From positions 34,560 through 98,559 of the forward strand of contig JAFGQU010000002.1 in assembly GCA_016935525.1 (NCBI GenBank): a DNA stretch of 64,000 nt, read 5' to 3'. A program made the translations under genes and the position numbers. The stretch's first letter is position 1; each line of letters opens with the position of its first letter. Below the pieces are notes generated by a model. The model was given only the letters and a program-made list of their open reading frames with translations, searched no databases and was not told the origin of the DNA. Positions 39,265 through 49,728 of the stretch are shown in pieces. This DNA is from Candidatus Omnitrophota bacterium. GTDB lineage: Bacteria; Omnitrophota; Gorgyraeia; Duberdicusellales; 4484-171.

Positions 39265-40488
39265 CTATTGCAATAGTTTCAACTCACGCTGAAGAGAATC
39301 TCTCGCTCGAGCGATTTCCGATAACGTCCGGGCAAGCCCATCGTCAACTGTGATGTCCGTTTTTCGCCCGGATATTTTCTTCTTTAAAAACATTTCTATT
39401 TTCTTTACAAAATCACTGAATGTACCCTGATACGAAGAATAAAATTTCCAACGACGCCGCCAGCGGGTTACGGCTTTATTCAAGGTTTCTTTTAATCTCC
39501 GGTTTTTCATGGCTTCTATCTTCTTGGTCAACATCCTTTTTACAGAATCGCCTCCGAAGACTTCGTCATAACAACTCATCATACATCCTCGACAGCCTCT
39601 TTGCCTGAGACTCTCACGCATAGCATTATGACGCTCCGAATTCCACATATCGAGTAGCCGTTCTTCTTTTACGTTACCGATGGTTTTATCAGGTTGAGCT
39701 AATACCCAGCAGAGATACACATCCCCGCCCGGAGCGATAGGACAGGACTGCCAGGGAGCCATGCACATGGAACGATGCCGAAAAGAATCTCCTGACAAAT
39801 AACCGGGGATCTTTTCTAAATAAGAAACCGGATTCGTAGAGATCCCTTGGGTATCGCAAGCATGGATTACTTTCCCTATTATTTTTTGCAGTTGGGGAAC
39901 TTCTTTATGAGTAATAAAAAAGTCATTATTCCTTGTTTTATCATGTAGAAAAAGGCTGTTGAACGGCTGAAATTTAATCGTTGTCGAATCGTATTTGCGC
40001 GCATAAGAAACTATTTCGGGAAGATATTTATAGTTGTATCGTGAGACCATCGTCGCGATAGTAGTCTCAATTTTATAATGCTGTAGATAAGCCAGGGCCG
40101 ATGTCACTTTGGAAAAACTTCCGGTGCCGCGTAAATACTCATGCACTTTATCGTTACCTTCCAGAGATACATTTACCACGTCGATACCGGATTCATAAAG
40201 AGCACGGGCTCTCTTCTCGTCAAGGAGAAGGCCATTGGTAGTCACGCAAGCGTTCATATGGTTCTGTTTTACATAGGAGATCAATTCAAACAGATCATCT
40301 CTCAAAAACGGTTCGCCGCCGCTGAATACCACAGTCGAAGCACCAAGTATATAGGCATCTTTGATCACCTGTTTCCAGCAGGATGAAGGAAGTTCCGTAT
40401 CGGCGTCATCGGGGATATCACACATACGGCAATTGCCGTTACAACGATGGGTAAGAGATATGATCACTTCTTTCAAGGTATTCTTCAT
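39265..40488 (-). CDS. Radical SAM/SPASM-type protein with basic helical tail
   Basis: CNGNCRMC, SGGEP, TTNG, FQP, CMAPW...C...IGNV...CRGCMMSC. Confidence 0.92.
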   Translation of the reverse strand: MKNTLKEVIISLTHRCNGNCRMCDIPDDADTELPSSCWKQVIKDAYILGASTVVFSGGEPFLRDDLFELISYVKQNHMNACVTTNGLLLDEKRARALYESGIDVVNVSLEGNDKVHEYLRGTGSFSKVTSALAYLQHYKIETTIATMVSRYNYKYLPEIVSYARKYDSTTIKFQPFNSLFLHDKTRNNDFFITHKEVPQLQKIIGKVIHACDTQGISTNPVSYLEKIPGYLSGDSFRHRSMCMAPWQSCPIAPGGDVYLCWVLAQPDKTIGNVKEERLLDMWNSERHNAMRESLRQRGCRGCMMSCYDEVFGGDSVKRMLTKKIEAMKNRRLKETLNKAVTRWRRRWKFYSSYQGTFSDFVKKIEMFLKKKISGRKTDITVDDGLARTLSEIARARDSLQRELKLLQ

Positions 40489-41669
40489 GGCTGTTTCAGT
40501 TTCTCCTCGTATTCGTTCAGCATACTCAACGCTTCCCTGAGAACCGTTTTTTTATCATTGTGCGCATCGTGGCGCAATTGATCAAGAAACTCTTTTATAA
40601 TACCGGACAGGGAATCGGCATCGGGATGAGCCCAACAGGTCTGTAAACAAGGCTTTGCGCAGGTTTTCATCAAAATCCGCGCTTCATACGCGTCTTCGCT
40701 GCGTAAACAACTACTAAGGCTCATCTTATGTATATTACCGAATGAATCTCCGCAACTTCTTACTTCTCCGTCCGGCCCGATATTAATGAATACGAAAGGG
40801 TTGCATTTCCATTGTTCCCGTTTTAGATTCCCCTCAAAATAGTTAAGCCACAAATAGGGATCGTGCAAAAACGCTACTAACCCGTTTTTCTTCTGATATT
40901 CAATAATCTTGTCGATCTGCGTTTTCAATATCTCCAGCTTAGCTTTGGTTATCCAGAACGGAGCATCACTTAATGTGTTCTGCATATTTTCCTGGACTAC
41001 AATCACCGGATGATAGACAAGGCATTCAACCCCTACCTCCCGTACCAGCGCTATCATCTCATACAGTTCGGTGACATTCTCGTTCATGATCGTCGTCCAT
41101 ACCGATATCTGCGGGCCATGACCTGACCTTCTTTTGGCCTGGACAAGGTTGCGCAGAGCATTTACCGCTTTATCAAAACTGCCTTTCGCACGTATCGCGT
41201 CATGAGTCTCAGGAGAAACTCCGTCTAAAGATACCGCGATATTATGTAACCCGCAAGACATTATCTTTACCGCGAGTTCTTGATCTATAAGCGCGCCGTT
41301 AGATACCGATTCGATATGAATATTCTTTCGAATACCATACGCGATGATATCGAATATATCTTTACGCAAGAAAGGTTCTCCGCCGGTTAATACGACCTCA
41401 CTTTTTGCGCGCCATTGGGCGATTTCATCAAAGACGTGCTTGACTCTTTCCGTAGTAAGTTCATAGTTTTGTAAAATCTTTACCACCCCGCACATCTTAC
41501 AACGATACGTACATCTATGACTTAAGCTCACATATACCCAATGAGGTTCTATGTAGGGATAGCCCGTTTTTTCGGAAAAATGATAGGCTAGATCCCGTTC
41601 AAACTTTTTAAGGTAACCTATATTCTGGCAAAGCACGTCTTTTCTATCCATGATCATCGCCGGGCACAC
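40485..41669 (-). CDS. Radical SAM/twitch-SPASM-like protein (paralog family A)
   Basis: SEKTGYPYIEP, CTYRCKMC, TGGEP, SLDG, C-terminal CAKPCLQTC. True start may be a few codons downstream. Confidence 0.92.
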   Translation of the reverse strand: MCPAMIMDRKDVLCQNIGYLKKFERDLAYHFSEKTGYPYIEPHWVYVSLSHRCTYRCKMCGVVKILQNYELTTERVKHVFDEIAQWRAKSEVVLTGGEPFLRKDIFDIIAYGIRKNIHIESVSNGALIDQELAVKIMSCGLHNIAVSLDGVSPETHDAIRAKGSFDKAVNALRNLVQAKRRSGHGPQISVWTTIMNENVTELYEMIALVREVGVECLVYHPVIVVQENMQNTLSDAPFWITKAKLEILKTQIDKIIEYQKKNGLVAFLHDPYLWLNYFEGNLKREQWKCNPFVFINIGPDGEVRSCGDSFGNIHKMSLSSCLRSEDAYEARILMKTCAKPCLQTCWAHPDADSLSGIIKEFLDQLRHDAHNDKKTVLREALSMLNEYEEKLKQP

Positions 41670-42445
41670 AAGGTAATGGCCTGCCCTTCCTTTCTTTGCT
41701 CGCGTCCAATAATATCGATGTTGCTGAATCCGGCATCATTGATCAATCGCACCAGATCGTCTTCACATAACCAAAACACTTTCCCCTTTACAGCGTTTAC
41801 CTTTATCCGGCTGTCTTCCCAGGCATATGTTCCACGGTATCTATTATTTTGATATTCTATGTGTACGAGCCTTTTGGGCGCGGCGGAAGAAGGGATACAG
41901 TGTGTCCAGACAAATATATTTCGGCTGATTTTTCCAAGATGATACATTATCTTTACCGGATCGGGAAGATGATACAGTATCCCTACCGCCAGACAAAGAT
42001 CGAATATCTGATCTATCTGAGGGACTACTTCATTTAAATCACCAAGAAGGAAAGTGCATCGTTTACTTCTCAAAGCGTTTTTTGCAACAAGGCATTTCAA
42101 GAAATTTTCTTCTCTCCCCTCGATGGAGATTATTTCCCCGGCTCCGGCGCCTTCCAGCATCATCGCGTGAGCCCCTTCCAGACTGCCTAATTCCAGCACA
42201 CGTAATCCTCTTATATCAATCTTTTCTAAAAGCACTTTTATTCTCGGTTCGACTTCTATATCCGAAGGGGCCGATTCTCTCAAAATAAAAGGGTCCTGAG
42301 AATACCGGCAATGCCAATGAGAAAACAGAGAAAATCCGTAATGATCTTTTGCGGCAATCCTGCCGAACGGCTTTCTCTTGGACCGGGCCCGGACCGTATT
42401 CATAGTTCGATTAAAGATGTTGTTCCATAATCCGCGATAATTCAT
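41654..42445 (-). CDS. Class I SAM-dependent methyltransferase
   Basis: Motif I VLELGSLEG, IEGR, FDLCLAVGILYHL.DP; start uncertain. Confidence 0.85.
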   Translation of the reverse strand: MNYRGLWNNIFNRTMNTVRARSKRKPFGRIAAKDHYGFSLFSHWHCRYSQDPFILRESAPSDIEVEPRIKVLLEKIDIRGLRVLELGSLEGAHAMMLEGAGAGEIISIEGREENFLKCLVAKNALRSKRCTFLLGDLNEVVPQIDQIFDLCLAVGILYHLPDPVKIMYHLGKISRNIFVWTHCIPSSAAPKRLVHIEYQNNRYRGTYAWEDSRIKVNAVKGKVFWLCEDDLVRLINDAGFSNIDIIGREQRKEGQAITLCARR

Positions 42446-42755
42446 CGATCTTCCTGGTTTGGGTTTTTGTGCATTTTTCAACAATATCGGAAAATACCAA
42501 CAGATCTTTTTCCATTCTGAGGTTCATCTGCCTCAGCTGCCTAAGCTCAAAAAACATACGGAGCGCAAGAAAGGTTATATTACAGTTTAAAAACAAAGTC
42601 GCAAGCAAAGTCATACCCAGGATAAAAATACCCCGGTCAAAAACAAAATATTCCCGGTGGTCAATCCATAAGAACCCTATCCCCAATACTACCCCGCTCA
42701 TAATGATGATCTGGGGGGCAAGAAGCAATGCGGCAATTTTTATTCGTCGGCTCAT
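42411..42755 (-). CDS. Hypothetical 2-TM protein with coiled-coil tail
   Basis: SD AAGGAG, two hydrophobic segments, ELRQLRQMNLRMEKDL tail. Confidence 0.7.
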   Translation of the reverse strand: MSRRIKIAALLLAPQIIIMSGVVLGIGFLWIDHREYFVFDRGIFILGMTLLATLFLNCNITFLALRMFFELRQLRQMNLRMEKDLLVFSDIVEKCTKTQTRKIDELSRIMEQHL

Positions 42756-42765
42756 GTTCTCCTCC

Positions 42766-44163
42766 TTAATTAAGATTTTCTAAATCAGCAAAAGGGATGT
42801 TCACTTGTGCGGCAAGCTCCCTCTTTATGAATCTTATCTTTTCGATCCTCTCGCCAAAGTCGTGAGATTCGGATCCGGCATACCATTGACGCATCCGGTC
42901 GCGACCGGTCTCGATAATACCAAATCCCTTTTTGCGGGCGCCGAGGACCGAAGCCGGTAAAAGCACCAAAGGATGCACAAAGATATTGTGAATATTGCGC
43001 CGGTTCCTCTTAAGAAAATCTACAGTATACCGTATATCTTCCCAGGTCTCCCGGGGAAACCCGACAATGATATTTACGCTCACCTGAATGCCGGCGGCAT
43101 GGGTATCGCGAATAACTTTCCGGGCTTCCGTAAGCGAAAACCGTTTTCCCATAGACTGTAAGACCTTCTCGCTCCCGCTTTCCAGCCCCAGACTTACTGA
43201 CCGTAAACCCGCCTGATACGCCTTTTTCAGAAAAGGATAATCCATCTCCCGGCGGATCATCATCTGCCCGCCCCAGGAGACCGGCGGACGGCTCCGGATA
43301 AGTAATGCGATCAACTTACCGAGCATGATGACATCACCGTTGATCAACGAATCATTAAAATGGAAATAGGTCACGTGCGGATTTTTTTCTAATTGATACA
43401 CGATCTCTTCATATACATTCTCGGCGGTTCGCCGGCGGTACTTTCCCCAAAGGACCGATTCCTCACAAAAAAGACAACGGTTAATACATCCCCGGCTGGT
43501 TGATATAGGAAGCCCGGCTAAATCATAATGAGACAGGTCGAAGTCGGAGAAATCAGCAAACGGCAAGAAATCGAGCGGGACCGGAGAAGGGATATCAGGT
43601 TTTCCAACGAAAACGCTGTTGCTGTCTTTGTAGAGAAACCCGGAACAGGAAAAAGACCGGTTTTCTTCTATACTGTGAAACAATTCCCTTAACGCGATTT
43701 CTCCCTCGCCCAGACATACGGCGTCGACATAGTCAGCCCTGCACAATTCCTGAGCAAGTTCACGATGGAAACAAGAAAACCCGCCGAACACGATCTTTAT
43801 CTGAGGGTCCCTTTTTTTTATCATCGCCGCGACCGCTTCGCTATACCAACGTGAAGAATCGTAGATACTAAACCCAACCGCTTGATAACATTCCCCCATC
43901 AGTTCATCAACGAGTTGGTCTACATAGTATCGGTGACTTTCAATCGCCCGGTTGACAGATTCTCTCTCATACCAGTCGAGAGATTCTTCTTTTGAACATG
44001 AAGGAGCTCTTCGTTTAAACGACATATATCTCTGTATACGCACATTAAAATCATAACAACGGACCTGATGTCCATCCTGTTTCAAACAGGACGAAAGCAG
44101 GGCGAGATTATAAGGAGGCACCAATGTGCTCCATTGCGGACATTGAATTAATGCTACTTTCAT
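42766..44163 (-). CDS. B12-binding-domain radical SAM protein (paralog of 330-1763)
   Basis: CPQW...PPYNLA, VGFS, FGG, GEGE, TSRGCINRCLFC, GLESGS, VGFPRET. Confidence 0.9.
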   Translation of the reverse strand: MKVALIQCPQWSTLVPPYNLALLSSCLKQDGHQVRCYDFNVRIQRYMSFKRRAPSCSKEESLDWYERESVNRAIESHRYYVDQLVDELMGECYQAVGFSIYDSSRWYSEAVAAMIKKRDPQIKIVFGGFSCFHRELAQELCRADYVDAVCLGEGEIALRELFHSIEENRSFSCSGFLYKDSNSVFVGKPDIPSPVPLDFLPFADFSDFDLSHYDLAGLPISTSRGCINRCLFCEESVLWGKYRRRTAENVYEEIVYQLEKNPHVTYFHFNDSLINGDVIMLGKLIALLIRSRPPVSWGGQMMIRREMDYPFLKKAYQAGLRSVSLGLESGSEKVLQSMGKRFSLTEARKVIRDTHAAGIQVSVNIIVGFPRETWEDIRYTVDFLKRNRRNIHNIFVHPLVLLPASVLGARKKGFGIIETGRDRMRQWYAGSESHDFGERIEKIRFIKRELAAQVNIPFADLENLN

Positions 44164-44202
44164 CGGGTCAAAGCCTCTTTCTCATCGTTCCCTCTCCCGT
44201 GT

Positions 44203-45327
44203 TTAATGAAAAAACCCGAATAATCTTTTCTTTTGGAAAAAATCCTCTATTTCCATAAAAGCTTCCCGATAAGAACACCACTGCAGACAAGGAGTCGCAC
44301 AGTTTCTGATCATATCCCGATAATCTCCCGCCACGGATGAATACCAAAGATCGCTCAGTGTAGACCGTTTTATATCGCCAAACGCCGCATCTTGATTTTT
44401 CTGACTGACGCAAAAGTAGAGTTTACCTTCCTGAACTACCTGGACTCGGTTGAAACCGGCGTAACAGGGAAAACTATCTGAGAGAGGGCCACCGTTAAAA
44501 TATTTTTTTATCAATTCCAAATACCTTGTGCTGTTGGCAATAAAGTTAAACTGTGCCGGGCTCTGTTTTTTGTATTCTATCAATGAGTCTATTCCCTTAT
44601 TAAGAAGGACAAGCCGCTCAGAGGGAACGAATCCGGGATACTGCTCGACTCGCTCGGTCTGATCGACATTCCTGGCGACGACCGGCTGGAAAAGGATACG
44701 TTCACATTCGATATCTCGGCACAGTCTGACTATTTCCAGAAGCTCTTCGATATTTTCGTCCATAATCGTGCATACCGCGACCACTTTAGGAAACCTCCGT
44801 TTTTCCTGTCTCTTGATCTGGTGTAAAGAACGTATATTCGATATGATTTTATCAAAAACTTTTTCTCCGCGGATCCGGCTGAATGTCATATCCGTCGCCG
44901 CATCGATGGATATGCTCAACCAATCGACCCCGTGTTTTAGACAGTTGAGTATGCGCGCCGGATCAAGTAACACGCCATTGGTCACTATCACGGTGGCTAA
45001 CTGAAGTCGTTTTGCCTGTTCGGTGAAATCAAATATGTCTTTGTGCAGAAACGGTTCCCCCCCTATAAAAAGGACAGTCCCGACGCCCAGCTCCTTAGTT
45101 TCGCGTATAATCTTATGTACAGTAGCCGAATCGATCTCAACCTGACGCCCGGCTTGTTTAAGAAATCCTTTTTGTTCACTCATCCCGCACATTTTACATT
45201 TCAGGTTGCAATCAAACGTAAAATTAATTTGCACCATATCGGGAGCAACCAGAGGATAATTGAGCTTACGGGAAAGCCAAAACAGGGAATTTTTCCTTAA
45301 CAAATCGAATACGCTCAAAATATTCAT
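44203..45327 (-). CDS. Radical SAM/twitch-SPASM-like protein (family A)
   Basis: SRKLNYPLVAP, CNLKCKMC, GGEP, FQP, CYAG...CATPCLQWC. Start at the ATGA overlap. Confidence 0.92.
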   Translation of the reverse strand: MNILSVFDLLRKNSLFWLSRKLNYPLVAPDMVQINFTFDCNLKCKMCGMSEQKGFLKQAGRQVEIDSATVHKIIRETKELGVGTVLFIGGEPFLHKDIFDFTEQAKRLQLATVIVTNGVLLDPARILNCLKHGVDWLSISIDAATDMTFSRIRGEKVFDKIISNIRSLHQIKRQEKRRFPKVVAVCTIMDENIEELLEIVRLCRDIECERILFQPVVARNVDQTERVEQYPGFVPSERLVLLNKGIDSLIEYKKQSPAQFNFIANSTRYLELIKKYFNGGPLSDSFPCYAGFNRVQVVQEGKLYFCVSQKNQDAAFGDIKRSTLSDLWYSSVAGDYRDMIRNCATPCLQWCSYREAFMEIEDFFQKKRLFGFFH

Positions 45328-46586
45328 CGTATACAGATCCTGCAAGGATTCTTTTGAGGCTCCCCCGGTTTTTTTAAAAGACGAAGTTGATGACGGTAAA
45401 ACTTAAAATACGGCTTGCCTTTTTTTGCCAATAAAGCGGAATACTCTTCGATTTTTGAGTAAAGCTTATCACGGATACTCTCAACCTCTCGAGTCTGCGG
45501 GAGCGCATCTAATTTCTTCAAAAATATTTTTATTTCCTGTAAGATATCTTCGGGAAAATACACACAATCCTGGAGGCAATGCCGCCGGCAATGCCTTACC
45601 AGTTCCCGCATTGCCGTCGCGTTTTCCGAAACCCAGTTGTTCTGCAAAGATTCTTCCTTGAGATCGCCATACCGCCCGCGGCAACTCCATAACTGTCCAT
45701 TACAATCAATAACGATCCTTTTAATCCCTTCATAACACTTGAAATTGCGGTCTATTTTTTCTCCCCTAAAATAAGCCGGAATCGATTCCAAAATGGCCCG
45801 GTCGGTAGCGATATAAATATCCTGAAGTTCTTCCTTCAGAGAAACGACCTTTTTTAAAATACGTTCCAGTTTCCGGACTTGCTTATCTGTAGGCCATAAC
45901 GGATTCGATTTCATCTCGTACATCTTAGTATTACTGAACAATACCGGCTGAAACACGATCATATGACATTTCTTTTGCCGGGCAAAATCAATCATAGGGA
46001 TAATATCATCGATATTCGTATCCATAATAGTGAAATTTATACCTAACAGAGGAAATTGCGCGTGTTTTTTATTTTTATAATAATTTATTCTGTCGATACT
46101 ATGAGCGGCTTTTTCAAAAGTGCCCGGCCCTCTGATTTCATCATTTCTTGGGCCCAATCCGTCGATGGAAACCGTCATATGGTTCAACTTACGTTCGATA
46201 AGGCCCTGGATGATCTCGTCATTAAGCAATGTCCCGTTAGTAATAATGCTCAACCATTGAATGCCGCGGGAAAGCGCGAACCCTACGATATCAAGTATGT
46301 CTTTATGGAGAAACGGCTCTCCGCCGGAAAGGATTAAATGGTTAATACCCATATTTTTTATCTGCAGAATAATATCTTTTATTTTCAAAGAGCTCAGTAC
46401 TTCGGCATCTTCGGCAAAGCCTTGCGGAATATCACACATCCGGCACCGTAAGTTACACGCACTGGTAATAGAGAAATATACATGTTCCGGAGGGATGAGC
46501 GGATAAGAAAGCTTCCGGCTCACAAAGAAACTCAATTTTCTTTCGATATCATTATATTCCTGAGCTAACTCTGGATTAAGAACCAT
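45324..46586 (-). CDS. Radical SAM/twitch-SPASM-like protein (family A) with helical tail
   Basis: SRKLSYPLIPP, CNLRCRMC, SGGEP, FQP, CYEG...CRRHCLQDC. Confidence 0.92.
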   Translation of the reverse strand: MVLNPELAQEYNDIERKLSFFVSRKLSYPLIPPEHVYFSITSACNLRCRMCDIPQGFAEDAEVLSSLKIKDIILQIKNMGINHLILSGGEPFLHKDILDIVGFALSRGIQWLSIITNGTLLNDEIIQGLIERKLNHMTVSIDGLGPRNDEIRGPGTFEKAAHSIDRINYYKNKKHAQFPLLGINFTIMDTNIDDIIPMIDFARQKKCHMIVFQPVLFSNTKMYEMKSNPLWPTDKQVRKLERILKKVVSLKEELQDIYIATDRAILESIPAYFRGEKIDRNFKCYEGIKRIVIDCNGQLWSCRGRYGDLKEESLQNNWVSENATAMRELVRHCRRHCLQDCVYFPEDILQEIKIFLKKLDALPQTREVESIRDKLYSKIEEYSALLAKKGKPYFKFYRHQLRLLKKPGEPQKNPCRICIR

Positions 46587-47646
46587 GAGATTTTACGATT
46601 TTTTTAAAATGACGATTGATAATACTCGATACACTCTGGGCCGATTCCAACGAGTAACAACTTTGCAGGCATGGATTTTTACAGGTTTTCGCCTGTATCC
46701 TTAGCCGGCGGGCCTGGGAAGATTCCCATCCTTTTTTAAGCGATATCTCGTCTAAATTGCCGCATATCCCGTGACAGGAATAGATGAGCGGCTGTTTTTT
46801 CGAATAACAGATAAATACGGTTTTTAATCCACCAAAACATCTCCACTGATTCTGGGTAAGTGTTCCGCGATAATAATCGACCATCAATTCCAAACGCGGT
46901 TCTTCGTATATACGGACATGGCGAGGACTGAATCTTCTTATCTTTTTGATCTCTTCGGCTAATCGCACAATGCTTCCCTGATCCAGCCAGAAATCCGAGG
47001 CTTTGTTATCCATAAAATTAGCGTTATCCTTTACTAACGGTTGAAAATTTATGGTATCCACTTTTAACTCATCAGCCAATTGTACCATATCCCCCAATTG
47101 ATGTACGTTTTTGTTCATGACCGTACACGCGATACCGATAGAAAAAGAACGGTTTTTTGATCTTTCGGCATTTAAAAGAGTGATCGCATCGAGTACTTTT
47201 TCAAAAACCCCCTCCCCCCGAAAGTAATCATTCATATCGCTCAACCCGTCTAATGAAAAATGGAAATGGTTTATTCCCGAATTCGCCACCTTATTGACGG
47301 TTTCTCTATTGATACCCGTTCCGTTAGTAGTGACGATAGAAAACATCTGATTATCACCGATGTACTTGAGTATCCGGTATATATCCTCACGCAAAAACGG
47401 TTCCCCCCCGGTAAGGAGTATTTCTTTGATCCCGTATCGCTTTGCCTCATCGATCACATGAAAAATCTGTTCGGTAGAGAGTTCTTCTTCCTTATCCAGA
47501 TGATGGGCGATACTGCACATTTTACAGTTCAGGTTACAGCGATAGGTAACTGATAGCTGCAATACCTGCGGTTTAGAAAAAGGATACGCCAATAACCTCG
47601 ATATCCAAAACAAAAAATCCCGAAAAAAAGCATCCATATTCCGCAC
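46576..47646 (-). CDS. Radical SAM/twitch-SPASM-like protein (family A)
   Basis: SRLLAYPFSKP, CNLNCKMC, TGGEP, FQP, CFGG...CKNPCLQSC. Confidence 0.92.
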   Translation of the reverse strand: MRNMDAFFRDFLFWISRLLAYPFSKPQVLQLSVTYRCNLNCKMCSIAHHLDKEEELSTEQIFHVIDEAKRYGIKEILLTGGEPFLREDIYRILKYIGDNQMFSIVTTNGTGINRETVNKVANSGINHFHFSLDGLSDMNDYFRGEGVFEKVLDAITLLNAERSKNRSFSIGIACTVMNKNVHQLGDMVQLADELKVDTINFQPLVKDNANFMDNKASDFWLDQGSIVRLAEEIKKIRRFSPRHVRIYEEPRLELMVDYYRGTLTQNQWRCFGGLKTVFICYSKKQPLIYSCHGICGNLDEISLKKGWESSQARRLRIQAKTCKNPCLQSCYSLESAQSVSSIINRHFKKIVKSHGS

Positions 47647-47654
47647 GTTATATC

Positions 47655-48689
47655 CTATTCTTCATAATTACAATTAAGTAAAAAATGGCACACGTCTTTA
47701 CAAGACGCTATTTCCCGGCGACGCTCCTGCGCGCTCGTTGAGAGATACAGTTCCCGGAAATCTTGCCGGACATTACCGATGGGTAGTTTATAGGGGCATA
47801 ACGCGATATCTCCGGCAGGAAATATAAAAATACCGAAATCAACCGCGTTACACGGCCCTTTTCTCTCTACGAACCCTTGAGGGTCTTTGAAGTATTTTTT
47901 ATACAAGGCCAATTGCGAAACGGGATTACAGATCTTATGGAATTTTTTCATTTTCAATTCGATAAGCTTATCCAGTACCGAATAGACCTGTTCGATATTT
48001 TGCGGCCAGATGGAACGAGCGGTCTTTTTCAAATACCACTGGTCGTTATGATTCTCGTTAAACGGTTGGGTCACCGCCTGAAAATTAATAAACTTTATAC
48101 TACTATGTTCTTGCGCCCACCGGGCCAAAGAGAGGATATCTTCGAGATTGCTTTCCATGATCGTCGCGGAAATACTGATATCGACTTCGGGAGCGACATA
48201 ATCAAGGCACTCGATAGCTTCAAACACACTTGATAAAGCACCGGTTTTACCGCGCAGATAGTCATGGGTACCGCTTTTAAGACTGTCTAAAGAAAGCATG
48301 ATCGAGTTCACTTTCGCGTCTTTTATTTTCAAAGCTATTTCCGTATCGATAAGATACCCGTTGGAATTCAATACCAATCGAAACCCAAGGCCGCGGATTA
48401 TTTTGATAAGGGGAAACAGATTTTCGTGAGTCAGCGGTTCCCCTCCGCCGATAGAAATATCGATCGGTTCGTGAATATATTCTTTAAAAGAAGAAAAAAA
48501 ACGCTCCCAATCATCAAGCGGCACCTTTGAGACACGCTGGGGTGTCTGCCAAAACTTACACATTTTACATCTCATAAAACAGTTATCGGTAAGATGCACA
48601 TAGCACATCTGCGGGTCTCTAAAATCAACTTTCCCGCAAGAACGGTTTTCCGCGGAAAAATTATCTTTTTTTTCTTGAGGTATTATCAT
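47655..48689 (-). CDS. Radical SAM/twitch-SPASM-like protein
   Basis: CFMRCKMC, GGGEP, SNG, SLDS, FQA, CNA...CP...IGNV...CKDVCHFLLNC. Confidence 0.92.
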   Translation of the reverse strand: MIIPQEKKDNFSAENRSCGKVDFRDPQMCYVHLTDNCFMRCKMCKFWQTPQRVSKVPLDDWERFFSSFKEYIHEPIDISIGGGEPLTHENLFPLIKIIRGLGFRLVLNSNGYLIDTEIALKIKDAKVNSIMLSLDSLKSGTHDYLRGKTGALSSVFEAIECLDYVAPEVDISISATIMESNLEDILSLARWAQEHSSIKFINFQAVTQPFNENHNDQWYLKKTARSIWPQNIEQVYSVLDKLIELKMKKFHKICNPVSQLALYKKYFKDPQGFVERKGPCNAVDFGIFIFPAGDIALCPYKLPIGNVRQDFRELYLSTSAQERRREIASCKDVCHFLLNCNYEE

Positions 48690-48724
48690 ATCGACCTTTT
48701 ACCGGTCTCTTTTGGCAATGTTCT

Positions 48725-49726
48725 TTAAAAATAATGACAAAATTGTAAACAGGGATTTTTACATTTTTGGGCTTTCCTTCTCATCTGTCCGGCTTTAGAA
48801 GAATACCAGGCCTGACGTATACCCATCCGATACACATCGCCGCAACTATCCTGGCAAAAAAACACACAAGAACTCATCCGTCCATTACGTTTTTCTCCGG
48901 CAGTAATGATCATGCTTTTATACCCGGCAGCGCATTTCTTGTGAATGCTTTTAAGCGAATAGTAATCCTCAAGGAGGCCGGCGTCGGGATTCCAGTCAAT
49001 ACGAAGATTTTGATACTCATGAGTTAATATCATTTTAAAGTCGTCTTTAAGTCGCATCACGTCATCTTCCTGGGGCCACAAATCGCTTGCCTGAACGCCT
49101 TTAGGAGAATTCTGAGGATCGGTATTGCGCACCAGATACGGTATAAAATTCATCACGTTTACCCCTAACCTGTCGGCAGTGTTCGTCATTTCATACAACT
49201 GCCCGCAGTTGTTACGATAGATCACTGTGCCTACTCCGATCGATTTTACCGGATTAAGCTTCCGCAATAAGACGATGTTCTGCAGCAGACGATCATAGGC
49301 CCCCGCCCCTCTTAGTCGATCATGAGCATCTTTGTTCCCGTCAAAAGAGAAATGCACGTGATCGATAGAGGAAGCAGCGATTCTTTCAATCATCTCCCGG
49401 TTATAATACCCGTTCGTCGTCACCGAAACATCCATATTTCGCTTTTTGATATAGTCGGATATCTCGAATATCTCTTTTACCAAAAACGGTTCTCCGCCGC
49501 TTAATACCACCTGAGAGATCTTCATCTGGCAAGCTTGATCGATAATATCAAATATCTTCGCTACATCCACCGCGCCGCGGGGAGCATCTACCGGCTGTTT
49601 GATGCTGCAGATGCCACACTGTAGATTACATTGGTTGGTAAGCGAAAGAATCATCATCTGCGGCGGCAAAAGCGGCCTCCCCAGATACCGTGACAACCCG
49701 TACACCATCTTTTGAAAAAAAGTCAT
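48725..49726 (-). CDS. Radical SAM/twitch-SPASM-like protein (family A)
   Basis: SRYLGRPLLPP, CNLQCGIC, SGGEP, CAAG...CKNPCLQFC. Confidence 0.92.
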   Translation of the reverse strand: MTFFQKMVYGLSRYLGRPLLPPQMMILSLTNQCNLQCGICSIKQPVDAPRGAVDVAKIFDIIDQACQMKISQVVLSGGEPFLVKEIFEISDYIKKRNMDVSVTTNGYYNREMIERIAASSIDHVHFSFDGNKDAHDRLRGAGAYDRLLQNIVLLRKLNPVKSIGVGTVIYRNNCGQLYEMTNTADRLGVNVMNFIPYLVRNTDPQNSPKGVQASDLWPQEDDVMRLKDDFKMILTHEYQNLRIDWNPDAGLLEDYYSLKSIHKKCAAGYKSMIITAGEKRNGRMSSCVFFCQDSCGDVYRMGIRQAWYSSKAGQMRRKAQKCKNPCLQFCHYF

Positions 49727-49728
49727 AG

